From a virus: a DNA stretch of 64,000 nucleotides. Below the pieces are notes generated by a model. It searched no databases. It saw only the letters and a list, made by a program, of their open reading frames with translations, and was not told the DNA's origin. Positions 9,905-19,426 of the stretch are shown piece by piece (positions within the stretch are counted from its first letter, which is position 1; the number at the start of each line of letters is the position of its first letter). The DNA is taken from positions 11,256 to 75,255 of IMG/VR virus record IMGVR_UViG_3300045971_001064, one strand, 5' to 3'. The translations under genes were made by a program, and so were the position numbers.

Positions 9905-10151
9905 GAAGGGAACAGGCAGTGAACCAGCGGAAGGAGACCGACCCTGCGAGGGAGTCCGTCAAAGCCCTCTACCACCAAACCTGCTTAAACCCACGTTCTT
10001 TCAGACCAATCCTTGAATCGCAGCACGGTCCACTGACTCTGGCCGATACAAAGAGTCGAGGAATGGCGGCCACTTACGACCGCCCCCGGGCCACCGGGTG
10101 CTGTGAACAGGACGGGGGCGTGCGCCGCCCGCGGTAGTCATCGAGGAAGTC

Positions 10152-10421
10152 ATGGTCAAGCTGGTCATCAAGCTGCTGGACTCAGGCAAGAGCGAGACGT
10201 TCATCGGGTCCGAGAAGGACGCCGAGCAGCGCCTGCGCGTCCTGTTCCCCCGCGAGACCGAGCACACCGGCCGCCTCATGTCGTGCATCTCGGCCATCAA
10301 CGCCGAGGGCTTCGGCGAGGTCGACGTGGCTCCGTACATGCCGCCTCCCGAGCGCAACCTGCTGCCCAAGGACTACGACGCCGACGTGCACCGCGAAGAC
10401 CCGTGGCCGCGCTCCGAGTAG
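10152..10421 (+). CDS. Hypothetical protein
   Basis: SD GAGGA; typical codon usage. Confidence 0.65.
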   Translation: MVKLVIKLLDSGKSETFIGSEKDAEQRLRVLFPRETEHTGRLMSCISAINAEGFGEVDVAPYMPPPERNLLPKDYDADVHREDPWPRSE

Positions 10422-10448
10422 CAGCAATCTGTAGAGCGTGCCCGCCGG

Positions 10449-10456
10449 TAATCTAG
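10449..10456 (+). promoter_or_regulatory. Putative late promoter TAATCTAG
   Basis: Exact motif; ATG 10463 follows within 8 nt of the hexamer. Confidence 0.6.
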
Positions 10457-10462
10457 GTGGGG

Positions 10463-13400
10463 ATGGCCCCTCCCAAGAGCAACGTCAACCCCGCGGGCTC
10501 TGGCCCCTTCTTCCACGCGAAGGGGCACGAGGTGTCGAAGGGCCACAAGCTGGCCAACGGCGGCAACTCGTGGGACTGCCAGTCGTGCGGTCAGGACTAC
10601 GACCCCGACGAAGTGTTCGCCGAGCACGAACTTCCTGAGGACGACGGGCTCGGCGGCGAGACCGTGAAGGTCACCAAGCCCTCGGTCACTCCGTCGCTCT
10701 CACCTATGCAGGCTGCTCAGAAGGTGAGCGCGCTGCTCGATGGCACGCCCGACGTCAAGCCGTCCGGCGTCGTGCAGATGGAGGCGCCTGCTGGCTTGGC
10801 CAACATGGGCGAGCGGCTGGTGGGGCAGAACAAGACGGCGAAGCAGAACCGCCGCTGCTGGCAAGGGCCCGGCAGCGAAGCCCTGCACGCCCAGTTCAAC
10901 CACCGCATCCACACGCCCCTCGCCAACGTCTCGCTGGAGGGTGAGCACTTCGACCACCATCACGGCGCGTGGCTCAAGATTCAGGGCAACTCGCTCTACG
11001 TCGCCAACAAGCTCATCGGCGACTCGCGCGTCAGCCATGACACGCCCCTCAGTCACATCGACCTGTACAGCGCCTACAAGAGCACCCCGCACGCTCCGGC
11101 GTCGACGTTCCTGAAGTACCTCGTGCACCGCATCAACCACGTCGAGGACTACGAGGACCCGACCAAGGGGCACAAGCTCGACGTCGCCTTCAAGGAGTTG
11201 GTCCAGCGCGGCGGCGCGGCCGAGAAGAACGGCCACATCTCCATCCAAGACCTGCACGACTGGACCGACAGGCACGCCACCACCGTGGTGCCGCAGTTGC
11301 TGGCCGAGAAGCAGCGCATGCAGATGGACGTGGCGCGCGGCATCGGGCTCAACGTCCGCAGCATCAACGGCGAGCCCCACGTGGCGCTCACCCGCGGGCT
11401 CAACTCGGACATCATGCAGGACGAGCACTCGCTCTCCTCGCATGCTGACACGGTCGACACCGGCTTCGGCTCCGACATGCACCACTCGTGGGTGCCGCTG
11501 AAGGACCTCTGGTTCCTGTACGACCTCGACCGCACCGCGCGCTCCCACATCCACATGGGGCCCGAGGACGAGGCGCTCATCTCGAACACGGGCCCGCGCT
11601 ACGAGGCCTCGGCGCACGACGTCAAGAAGAACCGCATCAAGCGCTGGCCGAGCCAGCACCCCTACGTCTACGACGACATGTCGGACGAGAGCCTCGCCAA
11701 GCTGCTGAGCGGCGCGTCGTCCAACCCTGACGCCGACAACGAACTGAAGTACGCCATCAAGGACCACAAGAACGCTGGCCCGGCCGTCTGGGCGTTCGAG
11801 CGCAGGCGGTTCGAGGATGCCGGGATGACGCCTGAACTGGGTCGCCCGCCCATCGGCGCCTTCGGCTACAAGTGGTACCCTCGCGAAGAGGTGATGAAGG
11901 CCGCTGCGCTCTCGAAGGTCAGCGTCGACGGCCCCGCGTGGTTCCGCAACCAGAACCTCAACGCACAGGACTTGGAGACGTTGTCGGCGAAGCTCTTCGA
12001 CGGCGAGCCGAAGAAGAACAGCTACTCGGGCCTCGTCGATGAGGGGGCTCAGCAACTGCTCACGCACCCCGCGATGAACTCGCACGTGCTGGAGCGCATC
12101 TGGAGGGCGCAGCACGGCTCGCCGTGGGCTCCGACGCTGCTGGAGTCGCCTCTGGCCACCCACCAGATGCGCGAGGACGCCATCGAGCAGGCGAAGTTCA
12201 TGTCGGGAGCCGGGCTCCTCGCGCCCCTGAAGCTCATGCGGGCAGTGACGAGCAACCCTCACCACACCGAAGAGCAGGCGCAGAAGGTCTTCGACTGGGC
12301 CGTGCAGAACGGGATGTTCAGGGACAACGAGGACCTGCACAACGCCATCGCTCGCGCGAAGCTCCCGGCCGAGACGGTGCTGAAGCTGTACGACCGCCGC
12401 GACGAGTTGGGTGAAGAGCAGGCCGTCAGGAACTCCTCCCGCGGCTTCGAGCCCGGCGGGCACCTCACGCCGGATGAGCGGCGAGAGTACAATACGCTCG
12501 GGGCCATCAAGAACGACTTCATGCAGGTGCACCCCGACGCCAACGTCGTTGCCCGGGTCGCGGCGTCCAAGCCCGGCCGAGTCTCGCCGCTCACGCTCCT
12601 CCAGCGCCTGAGTTGCAACGGCGGGACCTTGGAGCCCGTGTTGCAGGCTGCCCTCATCACCGAGTGCGAGCACCTCTACGGCCACGGCACCCCTCACCTC
12701 GGCTCGACTCGCCAGCCGGTGGTGGAGTTCTTGGAGAAGCTGGCCGGGGCGAAGGGGCTCTCGCAGGAGAGCATCAACTACCTCGCGCACTACAAGGACA
12801 ACTTGGTGCGTGAGGTCCTCGGCCTCAACAAGAGCATCGCGCCCGAGCAGCTTCGCGCCGCCTTCCCCAAGGGCGTCCAGTTCCCCGAGCGCTCGAACAT
12901 CCACTACGAGACCGGCACCCACACCGGCACCATCGCCGAGGAGCTTGGGCAGGCCTACTGGCGCCGCAAGCAGTACGCTGAGAAGAAGGCCAAGCTCCAC
13001 TTCATCAAGCCCCTGCCCGCGGACCTCGCCAAGTCGAGCGAGGAGGACCTGTGGCGCGCGGCTGCACGGCACTGGCTGGCCGACCAGACGACCAAGGGGT
13101 TCTACGCCGTCATCCACAAGGACGTCGCCGAGGGCGCTCTCCGGGACAAGGCCATCGAGCCCCAGTTCACGGACGAGTTGCTGGACGGCGAGGCCGTGTT
13201 CGGTCGCCCTGCCACGCCCGAGAACCTCATCAAGCTCCAGAAGCTGGCTGGCCCGGACGAGGTGGTGGCCTACTTCGAGACACCTGTCGCTCCTCGTGAG
13301 CACACCGACGGCAGCCTGTACTGGACCGAGCGCGTGCCCTGCGAGACCATCCAGTTGGCGGACGTGGGCGACGAGCCGCTCGCCAAGATGCACACGCCCC

Positions 13401-16400
13401 TCACCTTCCCGAAGCTGGGCGTCGAGGACGATAGGCGCGAGACGAAGGTCGTCACCACTCCTCGTGAGCGCCAGACCTTCAACCGCGCCGCGGGCAACAT
13501 GTTTGCCCGTGAGAGCTACGTCACCGACGACAGGAGCCAAGGCGACATCTACGAGAGGTTCCGCGAGAACCCGGCGATGAAGCAGGCCACCATCGACCGC
13601 GACACCGCGACCATCGCCAAGGACAGGCACGTCGGCGCCCAGTACACAGGCAACGCTGGCGTCGGCCACCCGGGCCACGGCGCCCCGCGCGACGAGCGCG
13701 ACCTCATCCCCGACGCGGGCACCGGGGCGTCTGCCACGTCGGCCGCCTTCGCGCCTTCGTCTGCTCCTCGTCGGAAGCTCAACCCGGCTGAGGCTGCCGC
13801 GTGGAGCGACCCGACCTACCTGCCGAGCACGCTGCATCACGAAGACCTCCACCGCATCTTCGCGCGGGTCCAGCACAAGCACGGCGAGCGCGGCCGGGAG
13901 ATGTTGGCCCGCAACCTCGTCCACGTGCTGCCTCAGGACCTCCAGTCGGCGGTGATGAAGCACCTGTTCTACGCGCAGCCGAAGAACATGAACGAGCCCT
14001 TCCCCGAGGAAGAGGCCATCACCGAGTTGACGTCGTACCTGAACAGCCCTCAGATGCGCGACGGCTTCCACAAGAAGCAGCAGCACTCGTCCGAGCAGCA
14101 GAAGGCCTTCCACGACAAGATGAAGCGCGCCTACCGGCTCCTGCTGGCGGTCTCGCCCACGGTCGACGAGGGCTGGCTGCACCACGAGAAGCCGTGGATG
14201 AAGCGTGGCGTGGCCATGCGCAAGTTCACCGAGCCCCAGTCCGGCACCGGGCTGTCGGCCGCCGAGGCCCACGAGGTCTTCCGCGGCTCGAACAAGCTGA
14301 CGAAGTCGCGCCCAGACCTGCTCGACGCCAACTCCTTCGCGTTCGCCTTCGAGACCGACCCGACCTTGATGGACAGCATCGACGCGCGCCACTGGGAGTT
14401 GGAGTTGCGCAAGATGGGGAGCTTGAACGAGTACCCTACGGCCGCCTCGAACTTCATCAAGGAGTTCCAGAAGCGGACCGTGCACAACGGGTTCGACGAG
14501 CGCCTCGGCCGCTACCACAACACCACGGGCGACAACACCGAGGGCACTCTCATCGTCATGTCTCCGCGCATCAAGGCATGGAGCGACAAGCCGACCGTGG
14601 GCCTCGACTGGATTCAGGCGCTGAAGCAGGGTAACGGCGACGGGCACCGGTCCATGAAGTTCATCACCGACCTCGCCGACAAGCATGGCGTCAGCGTCGA
14701 GTTGCACGTGGGCAGTGACGGCGGCGCCAAGACGTCGCCCAAGTCGATGCTCCACAAGTTCTACAAGAAGCACGGCTTCGTGAAGCGCGGCAAGTTCGAG
14801 AAGGACATCCTCGTCAGGCACGCGACCACGCACGCTGTCACCGAGCCGGGCGAGACGTTGAAGCTGGGCTCGACGATGCGGACCATCAAGAAGGCTGAGG
14901 AGGAGTTCGACCTCGCCAAGATGGCCGTGGTCCACGACGACCCCGAGAGCCCGATGACGGTCTACCGCGTCGAGGACCCCGAGACCAACCTCGGCCCCTA
15001 CACCGACCCCGACGAACCGCCCTCGAAGGTGGAGCCTCCGCGCGGCCAGACCCTCCGCGACCGGACCACCGGCTACCGCCGCGCCAAGACGCACCCGAAC
15101 CCCGAGCCCGAGACCGACTTCGATGCGCGCGACTACCGGGACTTCGAGGCCCAGTACAAGAAGGTGCGCTTCGGCTTCATGTCCCGGCAGGACGCCTACA
15201 ACTGGTTCGGCCGCGACCTCTCCGGCGCTGTCCGGGAGCAGGAGCACCCGCCTTCCTACAAGGTGGTGAAGGTGCTGGCGCGCAAGGTGTGGAAGTCGCG
15301 CACGGGCAAGCAGGTCTTCTTCGTGCCGCACAAGCCAGTCAAGAAGAGCGAGCCCGAGGGCGACGTGCTGGAGAAGATGTCGGTCTTCCACGACGACCCG
15401 AAGAATCCGCGCAAGGTCTACCGCGTCGAGGATTATCATGGCCGCGGCCCGTACCAGAACAAGTACGACGTGATGCCGGACAAGGAGCGCGACCCCCGGT
15501 GGGCCGCGAAGCGCCCGAACCCCGGTCGCGACTTCCCGGCCAAGGAGTGGTCGCAGAACCCCGAGGGCGGCGTCTTCGGCTTCGCTCGCCCAGAGGATGC
15601 TGTCGAGTGGTTTGGTCCGCATCGCCTCGCTCGCCTTAAGGCCACAGGCTTCGAGCTTCGTGAAGTGCTGGCTCACAAGGCCTACCTCTCGAACTCCGGT
15701 AGGCAGGTGGTGTTCCAGCGTTCTCCTCCTCCGCCATCTGGCGCGCGACCAGCCAACCCGGTAGTCCCTGTACCGAAGGTCAAGGGGCCGTGGGTTCCAC
15801 ATCCTGAGGCCGCTGAGCACGCGGTGACGGCTCTGCGTAACGCCCACGACCAGCACCTCGACACGCTCTCGGCGGCCTTCGGCAAGCTGCCCAAGCAGAA
15901 GCAGGTCAAGGTCGAAGGGTTGGAGGACTCATTCCAGCAGGCTCTCTCGGAGAAGGATGCCGAGTCGCTGAAGGACCACCCCTTCGTCCAGTGGGCTCGC
16001 ACCGTGGTTCCTGAGTTCGGTCAGTCCATGCAGAAGAGCGAGGACTTCGTGTTGCCCACCGAGAGCATCCTGAAGCCCGGCGAGGAGTCGGCTGCCAAGC
16101 TCATGCTCGGCCACCGCAAGGACCACGAGACCGCTCTCAAGGCCGCTCGCTTCCTCACCGGCCGCAAGGAGCCCGTCGACGAGAACCTGTTCACGCTGGC
16201 CCTCAACGTCTTCGACGGCGACTTCGAGCGGGCCGCTCTGTTCGCCGTGGGGATGACGGACTCCGAGGCCAACCTGAAGGCCTTGCGCGCCGCCCTCAAG
16301 CTGGGTGAGTTCTCGCAGGAGACCACCGAGTTGTCGAAGAACGAGCCGGGCACGCCTCACATCGAGAGCGTGAACCCGGGCGCTCCTGACGCGACGCCCA

Positions 16401-17242
16401 CCGCCGACGAGGTGAAGCGCGGCGTGACGGCCGGTCTGGTGCAGCCGCTCAAGCTCGGCGGGAAGCACTCGAAGGGCTCCATGGCTGTGCGCGACCCGAA
16501 GACGGGCAACACTTGGTTGCTCAAGCCCGGCGCCGGGAAGGCTTCGCCCGCGGCTGGCGTGCGTGATGGAGCTTCGTCGCAGTCTGCGCGCGAAGCCGCC
16601 TTCTGGCACTGCATGGACCGAACGGGTCTCGGCAACTACGGCCCCAAGTGCGACCTGCTCGAAGTGAATGGCGGACAGGTTGCGGCGATGAAGCTGCTGG
16701 GCCCGTCTTGGAAAAGCGCCGACGAACAGAACCGCAAGGTCGACGGTTGGGCACGTGAGATTCTCCAGCCCTACCTCGACCGCGGCGACGTCCACCGTAT
16801 CGCGGCTTTGTTCTGGGTCTTGGGCGAAAGTGACGCCCATGGTCAGAACGTCCTCGTGCACGCAGAGTCAATCGCTCTCATCGACCACGGCTCCTCGTTT
16901 GCTGGTCCGAACTTCAACCCCGGCCGCGACAGCAAGTCGTTTACCCCCTACATCCTGCGCGTGTTCGCTCCGGCGGGCTACACCAAGAAGAAGCCCGAGG
17001 ACCGCATCTCCGGTCTGCCCGTGTTGATGCCTGCTGGCGACATCGCGCTGAGGAAGTGGGTGCACAGCATCGACCCCGGGCTCATCTCCGAGACCATGGG
17101 CTCGCACGGCATCGGGCAGGTGGAGCAGGAGGCTGTGCTGGAACGACTCAACGACCTCCAGCACCACGAGGGCCCGAGCCTGAGCCGCTACGTCAACGAA
17201 CTCTGGGCGGGTGTGGTTCTTCCTCCGCACTTGAGGAGCTAG
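10463..17242 (+). CDS. Second giant polyvalent polyprotein (~2260 aa): ART-like, helical repeats, unknown, zincin, GNAT-like, two tandem VYRVE domains, PI3/4K-like kinase
   Basis: Motifs LTRG..LSS..EDEALI; HEDLH..EEEAITE; GNGDG..ADKHGV..HKFYKKHGF; duplicated VYRVE..GPY..FGF..WF; WLLKP..REAA..DAHGQN..IDHG. Confidence 0.75.
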   Translation: MAPPKSNVNPAGSGPFFHAKGHEVSKGHKLANGGNSWDCQSCGQDYDPDEVFAEHELPEDDGLGGETVKVTKPSVTPSLSPMQAAQKVSALLDGTPDVKPSGVVQMEAPAGLANMGERLVGQNKTAKQNRRCWQGPGSEALHAQFNHRIHTPLANVSLEGEHFDHHHGAWLKIQGNSLYVANKLIGDSRVSHDTPLSHIDLYSAYKSTPHAPASTFLKYLVHRINHVEDYEDPTKGHKLDVAFKELVQRGGAAEKNGHISIQDLHDWTDRHATTVVPQLLAEKQRMQMDVARGIGLNVRSINGEPHVALTRGLNSDIMQDEHSLSSHADTVDTGFGSDMHHSWVPLKDLWFLYDLDRTARSHIHMGPEDEALISNTGPRYEASAHDVKKNRIKRWPSQHPYVYDDMSDESLAKLLSGASSNPDADNELKYAIKDHKNAGPAVWAFERRRFEDAGMTPELGRPPIGAFGYKWYPREEVMKAAALSKVSVDGPAWFRNQNLNAQDLETLSAKLFDGEPKKNSYSGLVDEGAQQLLTHPAMNSHVLERIWRAQHGSPWAPTLLESPLATHQMREDAIEQAKFMSGAGLLAPLKLMRAVTSNPHHTEEQAQKVFDWAVQNGMFRDNEDLHNAIARAKLPAETVLKLYDRRDELGEEQAVRNSSRGFEPGGHLTPDERREYNTLGAIKNDFMQVHPDANVVARVAASKPGRVSPLTLLQRLSCNGGTLEPVLQAALITECEHLYGHGTPHLGSTRQPVVEFLEKLAGAKGLSQESINYLAHYKDNLVREVLGLNKSIAPEQLRAAFPKGVQFPERSNIHYETGTHTGTIAEELGQAYWRRKQYAEKKAKLHFIKPLPADLAKSSEEDLWRAAARHWLADQTTKGFYAVIHKDVAEGALRDKAIEPQFTDELLDGEAVFGRPATPENLIKLQKLAGPDEVVAYFETPVAPREHTDGSLYWTERVPCETIQLADVGDEPLAKMHTPLTFPKLGVEDDRRETKVVTTPRERQTFNRAAGNMFARESYVTDDRSQGDIYERFRENPAMKQATIDRDTATIAKDRHVGAQYTGNAGVGHPGHGAPRDERDLIPDAGTGASATSAAFAPSSAPRRKLNPAEAAAWSDPTYLPSTLHHEDLHRIFARVQHKHGERGREMLARNLVHVLPQDLQSAVMKHLFYAQPKNMNEPFPEEEAITELTSYLNSPQMRDGFHKKQQHSSEQQKAFHDKMKRAYRLLLAVSPTVDEGWLHHEKPWMKRGVAMRKFTEPQSGTGLSAAEAHEVFRGSNKLTKSRPDLLDANSFAFAFETDPTLMDSIDARHWELELRKMGSLNEYPTAASNFIKEFQKRTVHNGFDERLGRYHNTTGDNTEGTLIVMSPRIKAWSDKPTVGLDWIQALKQGNGDGHRSMKFITDLADKHGVSVELHVGSDGGAKTSPKSMLHKFYKKHGFVKRGKFEKDILVRHATTHAVTEPGETLKLGSTMRTIKKAEEEFDLAKMAVVHDDPESPMTVYRVEDPETNLGPYTDPDEPPSKVEPPRGQTLRDRTTGYRRAKTHPNPEPETDFDARDYRDFEAQYKKVRFGFMSRQDAYNWFGRDLSGAVREQEHPPSYKVVKVLARKVWKSRTGKQVFFVPHKPVKKSEPEGDVLEKMSVFHDDPKNPRKVYRVEDYHGRGPYQNKYDVMPDKERDPRWAAKRPNPGRDFPAKEWSQNPEGGVFGFARPEDAVEWFGPHRLARLKATGFELREVLAHKAYLSNSGRQVVFQRSPPPPSGARPANPVVPVPKVKGPWVPHPEAAEHAVTALRNAHDQHLDTLSAAFGKLPKQKQVKVEGLEDSFQQALSEKDAESLKDHPFVQWARTVVPEFGQSMQKSEDFVLPTESILKPGEESAAKLMLGHRKDHETALKAARFLTGRKEPVDENLFTLALNVFDGDFERAALFAVGMTDSEANLKALRAALKLGEFSQETTELSKNEPGTPHIESVNPGAPDATPTADEVKRGVTAGLVQPLKLGGKHSKGSMAVRDPKTGNTWLLKPGAGKASPAAGVRDGASSQSAREAAFWHCMDRTGLGNYGPKCDLLEVNGGQVAAMKLLGPSWKSADEQNRKVDGWAREILQPYLDRGDVHRIAALFWVLGESDAHGQNVLVHAESIALIDHGSSFAGPNFNPGRDSKSFTPYILRVFAPAGYTKKKPEDRISGLPVLMPAGDIALRKWVHSIDPGLISETMGSHGIGQVEQEAVLERLNDLQHHEGPSLSRYVNELWAGVVLPPHLRS

Positions 17243-17245
17243 ACG

Positions 17246-17253
17246 TAATCTAG
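17246..17253 (+). promoter_or_regulatory. Putative late promoter TAATCTAG (leaderless)
   Basis: ATG 17258 lies 6 nt after the TAATCT hexamer. Confidence 0.55.
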
Positions 17254-17257
17254 AGGC

Positions 17258-17740
17258 ATGACCCTCACGTGCCCAAGGTGCAAGGCTGCTAAGCCGTCCG
17301 ACCAGTTCAATCGCGACGTGAGTCGCCCAAGCGGAAGGCAGGTGTCCTGCCGAGCGTGTGAGAAGGTCTACCGCGACACGATGATGGACAGGACCAAGAG
17401 GTCGGCCGACAACAAGGCTTGGCGCTTGGCCAATCGCGAGTACGTTCGTGCCGAGAACCGCGCGTGGCACTACCGCGCCAACTACGGCATGACCATCGCC
17501 GACTACGACGCGCTGTTGCTGAAGCAGGGCGGTGGATGTGCGGTCTGCAAGACTAAGAAGACCGGCACGCGCAACCACTTCTTCTGCGTCGACCACCGCC
17601 ACGTCGATGGCTACGACGCGCTGGTGGCCGAGGAGAAGCGGCGTCACGTCCGCGGCCTGCTCTGTGTGACCTGCAACTTGGTAGCCGGGAAGCTGGAGGA
17701 GTTCCCCGGCGCCTTCGAGGCCTACGTGGCGGGGCTCTAG
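17258..17740 (+). CDS. Endonuclease VII-family HNH homing endonuclease
   Basis: YGMTIADYDALL.KQGGGCAVC...VDH.H...VRGLLC..CN, plus an N-terminal CxxC/CxxC. Confidence 0.85.
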   Translation: MTLTCPRCKAAKPSDQFNRDVSRPSGRQVSCRACEKVYRDTMMDRTKRSADNKAWRLANREYVRAENRAWHYRANYGMTIADYDALLLKQGGGCAVCKTKKTGTRNHFFCVDHRHVDGYDALVAEEKRRHVRGLLCVTCNLVAGKLEEFPGAFEAYVAGL

Positions 17741-18267
17741 ACGTCCAGCCTCATCTGCTTGGCCTGCTGCGCCTTCCACATGGTGCCGAAGCTGGTGCCG
17801 GTGACCGCAGCGGCCCGGCGGATGGACATGCCTGACGCCATCAGCTTCAGCCCCTTCGCCACCGCCTTGGGGTCGACCGGCCGCCGCCCGTTGCCCACGC
17901 GCCTGTCCGGCTTCACGTAGCGGTCGTACTCCTTCAGCGCCTTCCGGATGGTGGCGATGAGCTTGCGCTCGGCCTTGACGATGGCCAGCGCCGTCAGCGC
18001 ACGGTCACCGACGCCCGGCATCATCGGCCCGCGCGCCATCTCCTCTAGACGCCTCGCCGCTTGCTCCTTCTCGATGTCCGTCGTCCGCAAGGGCCGGAGG
18101 GGCGGCAGGCCAGCGGCGCGGCGCTCGATGGGGGTGTAGCCCGCGTACCCCGGCTCGCCCTCGCGCAGCGCCTTCTTCTTGTAGTCGGCGTACTCCTTCT
18201 GCGTCTTGATGGAGCCCTTGATGCTGATGTTGGGGTCGAGGCCACTGATGCGGTCGAGGAAGCTCAC
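17737..18267 (-). CDS. HTH DNA-binding protein
   Basis: GTG start with SD AAGGAG; C-terminal KGLKLMASGMSIRRAAAVTGTSFGTMWK helix-turn-helix. Confidence 0.6.
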   Translation of the reverse strand: MSFLDRISGLDPNISIKGSIKTQKEYADYKKKALREGEPGYAGYTPIERRAAGLPPLRPLRTTDIEKEQAARRLEEMARGPMMPGVGDRALTALAIVKAERKLIATIRKALKEYDRYVKPDRRVGNGRRPVDPKAVAKGLKLMASGMSIRRAAAVTGTSFGTMWKAQQAKQMRLDV

Positions 18268-18746
18268 AGGTTCTCCTTGGGGTAGCTGAGGATGGGGATG
18301 ACGTCGCCCCAGTACGCGCGGACCCGCTTGCCAGCGTCCTGCGTGCGGCGGTAGCGACGGCTGAAGGCGCGCTCGATGACCATGCTCTCGTAGACTTGGA
18401 TGGGCAGCGGGTAGCCGATGCCGGGGTCGTGGACCACGCCGTTGAGCAGGAGCACCCAGTGCCCCCACATCGTCTTGTTGTCGACCACGGACATGACCGC
18501 GAACTCGGGCAGGCGGGTGAGCTTGCCCTTGCGCCGGTAGAAGCTGGAGCACTTCCCGACCTTCATGCCGAGCTTGCGCAGGCCTCGGACGAGGTCCTCG
18601 ACGTCGGTCCCGGCTTCACGCAGGGTGGAGACGCCGACTGCCGCGGTGGCCTCGTCGAGCGTCACGTTGGCAGCCATGGCAACCACCGCCTGACCGCACA
18701 TGCCGCTTGAGTCCGGCTGGAGGAGCGGCTTGACGGAGAAGGTCAT
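18264..18746 (-). CDS. Peptidase C39-like papain-fold protein
   Basis: LQ....CGQAVVAM ... GHWVLL.G.VHDP (Q-C-H-D). Confidence 0.7.
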   Translation of the reverse strand: MTFSVKPLLQPDSSGMCGQAVVAMAANVTLDEATAAVGVSTLREAGTDVEDLVRGLRKLGMKVGKCSSFYRRKGKLTRLPEFAVMSVVDNKTMWGHWVLLLNGVVHDPGIGYPLPIQVYESMVIERAFSRRYRRTQDAGKRVRAYWGDVIPILSYPKENL

Positions 18747-19042
18747 GTCGCCTGCCGCACGTCGTGGACGGTGAGCTTCCAGCCGCAGTTGGGGCACTTG
18801 TGCCCTTCGGTCTGGTAGGTCTCGGTGAAGCCGACCAGCCTGTACTTCCACACGCCGACCTGCCCCTCGACCGGCTTGCCCTCGATGACCCAGCAGGGCT
18901 GCTCGCGGTCCTCGTTCAACTCGCCCTTGCGAAGCTGGAGAATCTGGGCGCCGAACCGGTGGCCGACCTTCTCCACCAGTTCGAGGTTGGTGTGCTCCTT
19001 CCCGTCGGCGAGGATGGCTGCAAGCTGGTCGAGGCGGTTCAT
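18743..19042 (-). CDS. Winged-helix / zinc-ribbon hypothetical protein
   Basis: HTNLELVEKVGHRFGAQILQLRK; C-terminal CPNC; TAGGAT 6 nt upstream of the ATG. Confidence 0.55.
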   Translation of the reverse strand: MNRLDQLAAILADGKEHTNLELVEKVGHRFGAQILQLRKGELNEDREQPCWVIEGKPVEGQVGVWKYRLVGFTETYQTEGHKCPNCGWKLTVHDVRQAT

Positions 19043-19051
19043 GGCCCTATC

Positions 19052-19390
19052 CTAGCTCAGGTGCGTGCCCTGCGCCACGTTCTTGCCGGAGAACATCATG
19101 AACGAGCGGGAGGTGAAGACCTTGCCGTCGTAGGTGCTCTTGCTCACCTTGGTCTCGGTGGCGATGACCTGCCAGCGGAGGCCCGGCTTGGGCTTGACCA
19201 GCGCGAGCGCGTCGGCGACCAGCTTGTCCATCTCGAAGGTGTCGATGGGCGCGTCGAGGGCCCGGTCGGCGAGGTGGATGGTCTGGAACTTCGCCGTCCG
19301 GTTGCGGCCGTAGACGCCCTTGACGTGCAGGCGGTACTCCATCACGGTGGTCTCGGCGTCGGCGGCGGTCACTGCGGTCTGGGTGGTCAT
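19052..19390 (-). CDS. Hypothetical early protein (leaderless)
   Basis: ATG 7 nt after the TAGACT -10 of a TTGACA-N17 promoter. Confidence 0.65.
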   Translation of the reverse strand: MTTQTAVTAADAETTVMEYRLHVKGVYGRNRTAKFQTIHLADRALDAPIDTFEMDKLVADALALVKPKPGLRWQVIATETKVSKSTYDGKVFTSRSFMMFSGKNVAQGTHLS

Positions 19391-19426
19391 AGGAAGCAGT
19401 CTACTCCTTCTCGGGTTCGATGTCAA
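19388..19426 (-). promoter_or_regulatory. Sigma70-type leaderless promoter P1
   Basis: TTGACA-N17-TAGACT-N7-ATG. Confidence 0.8.

Noticed and set aside
1933-15856. Very long - strand ORFs (1933..7179, 7186..9492, 10700..15856)
   Set aside because: They are antisense shadows of the polyproteins. High GC3 leaves the reverse frame stop-poor, and the translations are V/L/G/R-rich with no motifs.
1612-17242. Polyproteins as bacterial polymorphic toxins or a contractile injection system locus
   Set aside because: There are no secretion repeats or adjacent immunity genes. Phage neck genes, homing endonucleases, a phage sigma factor, ligases and dense small ORFs indicate a phage genome.
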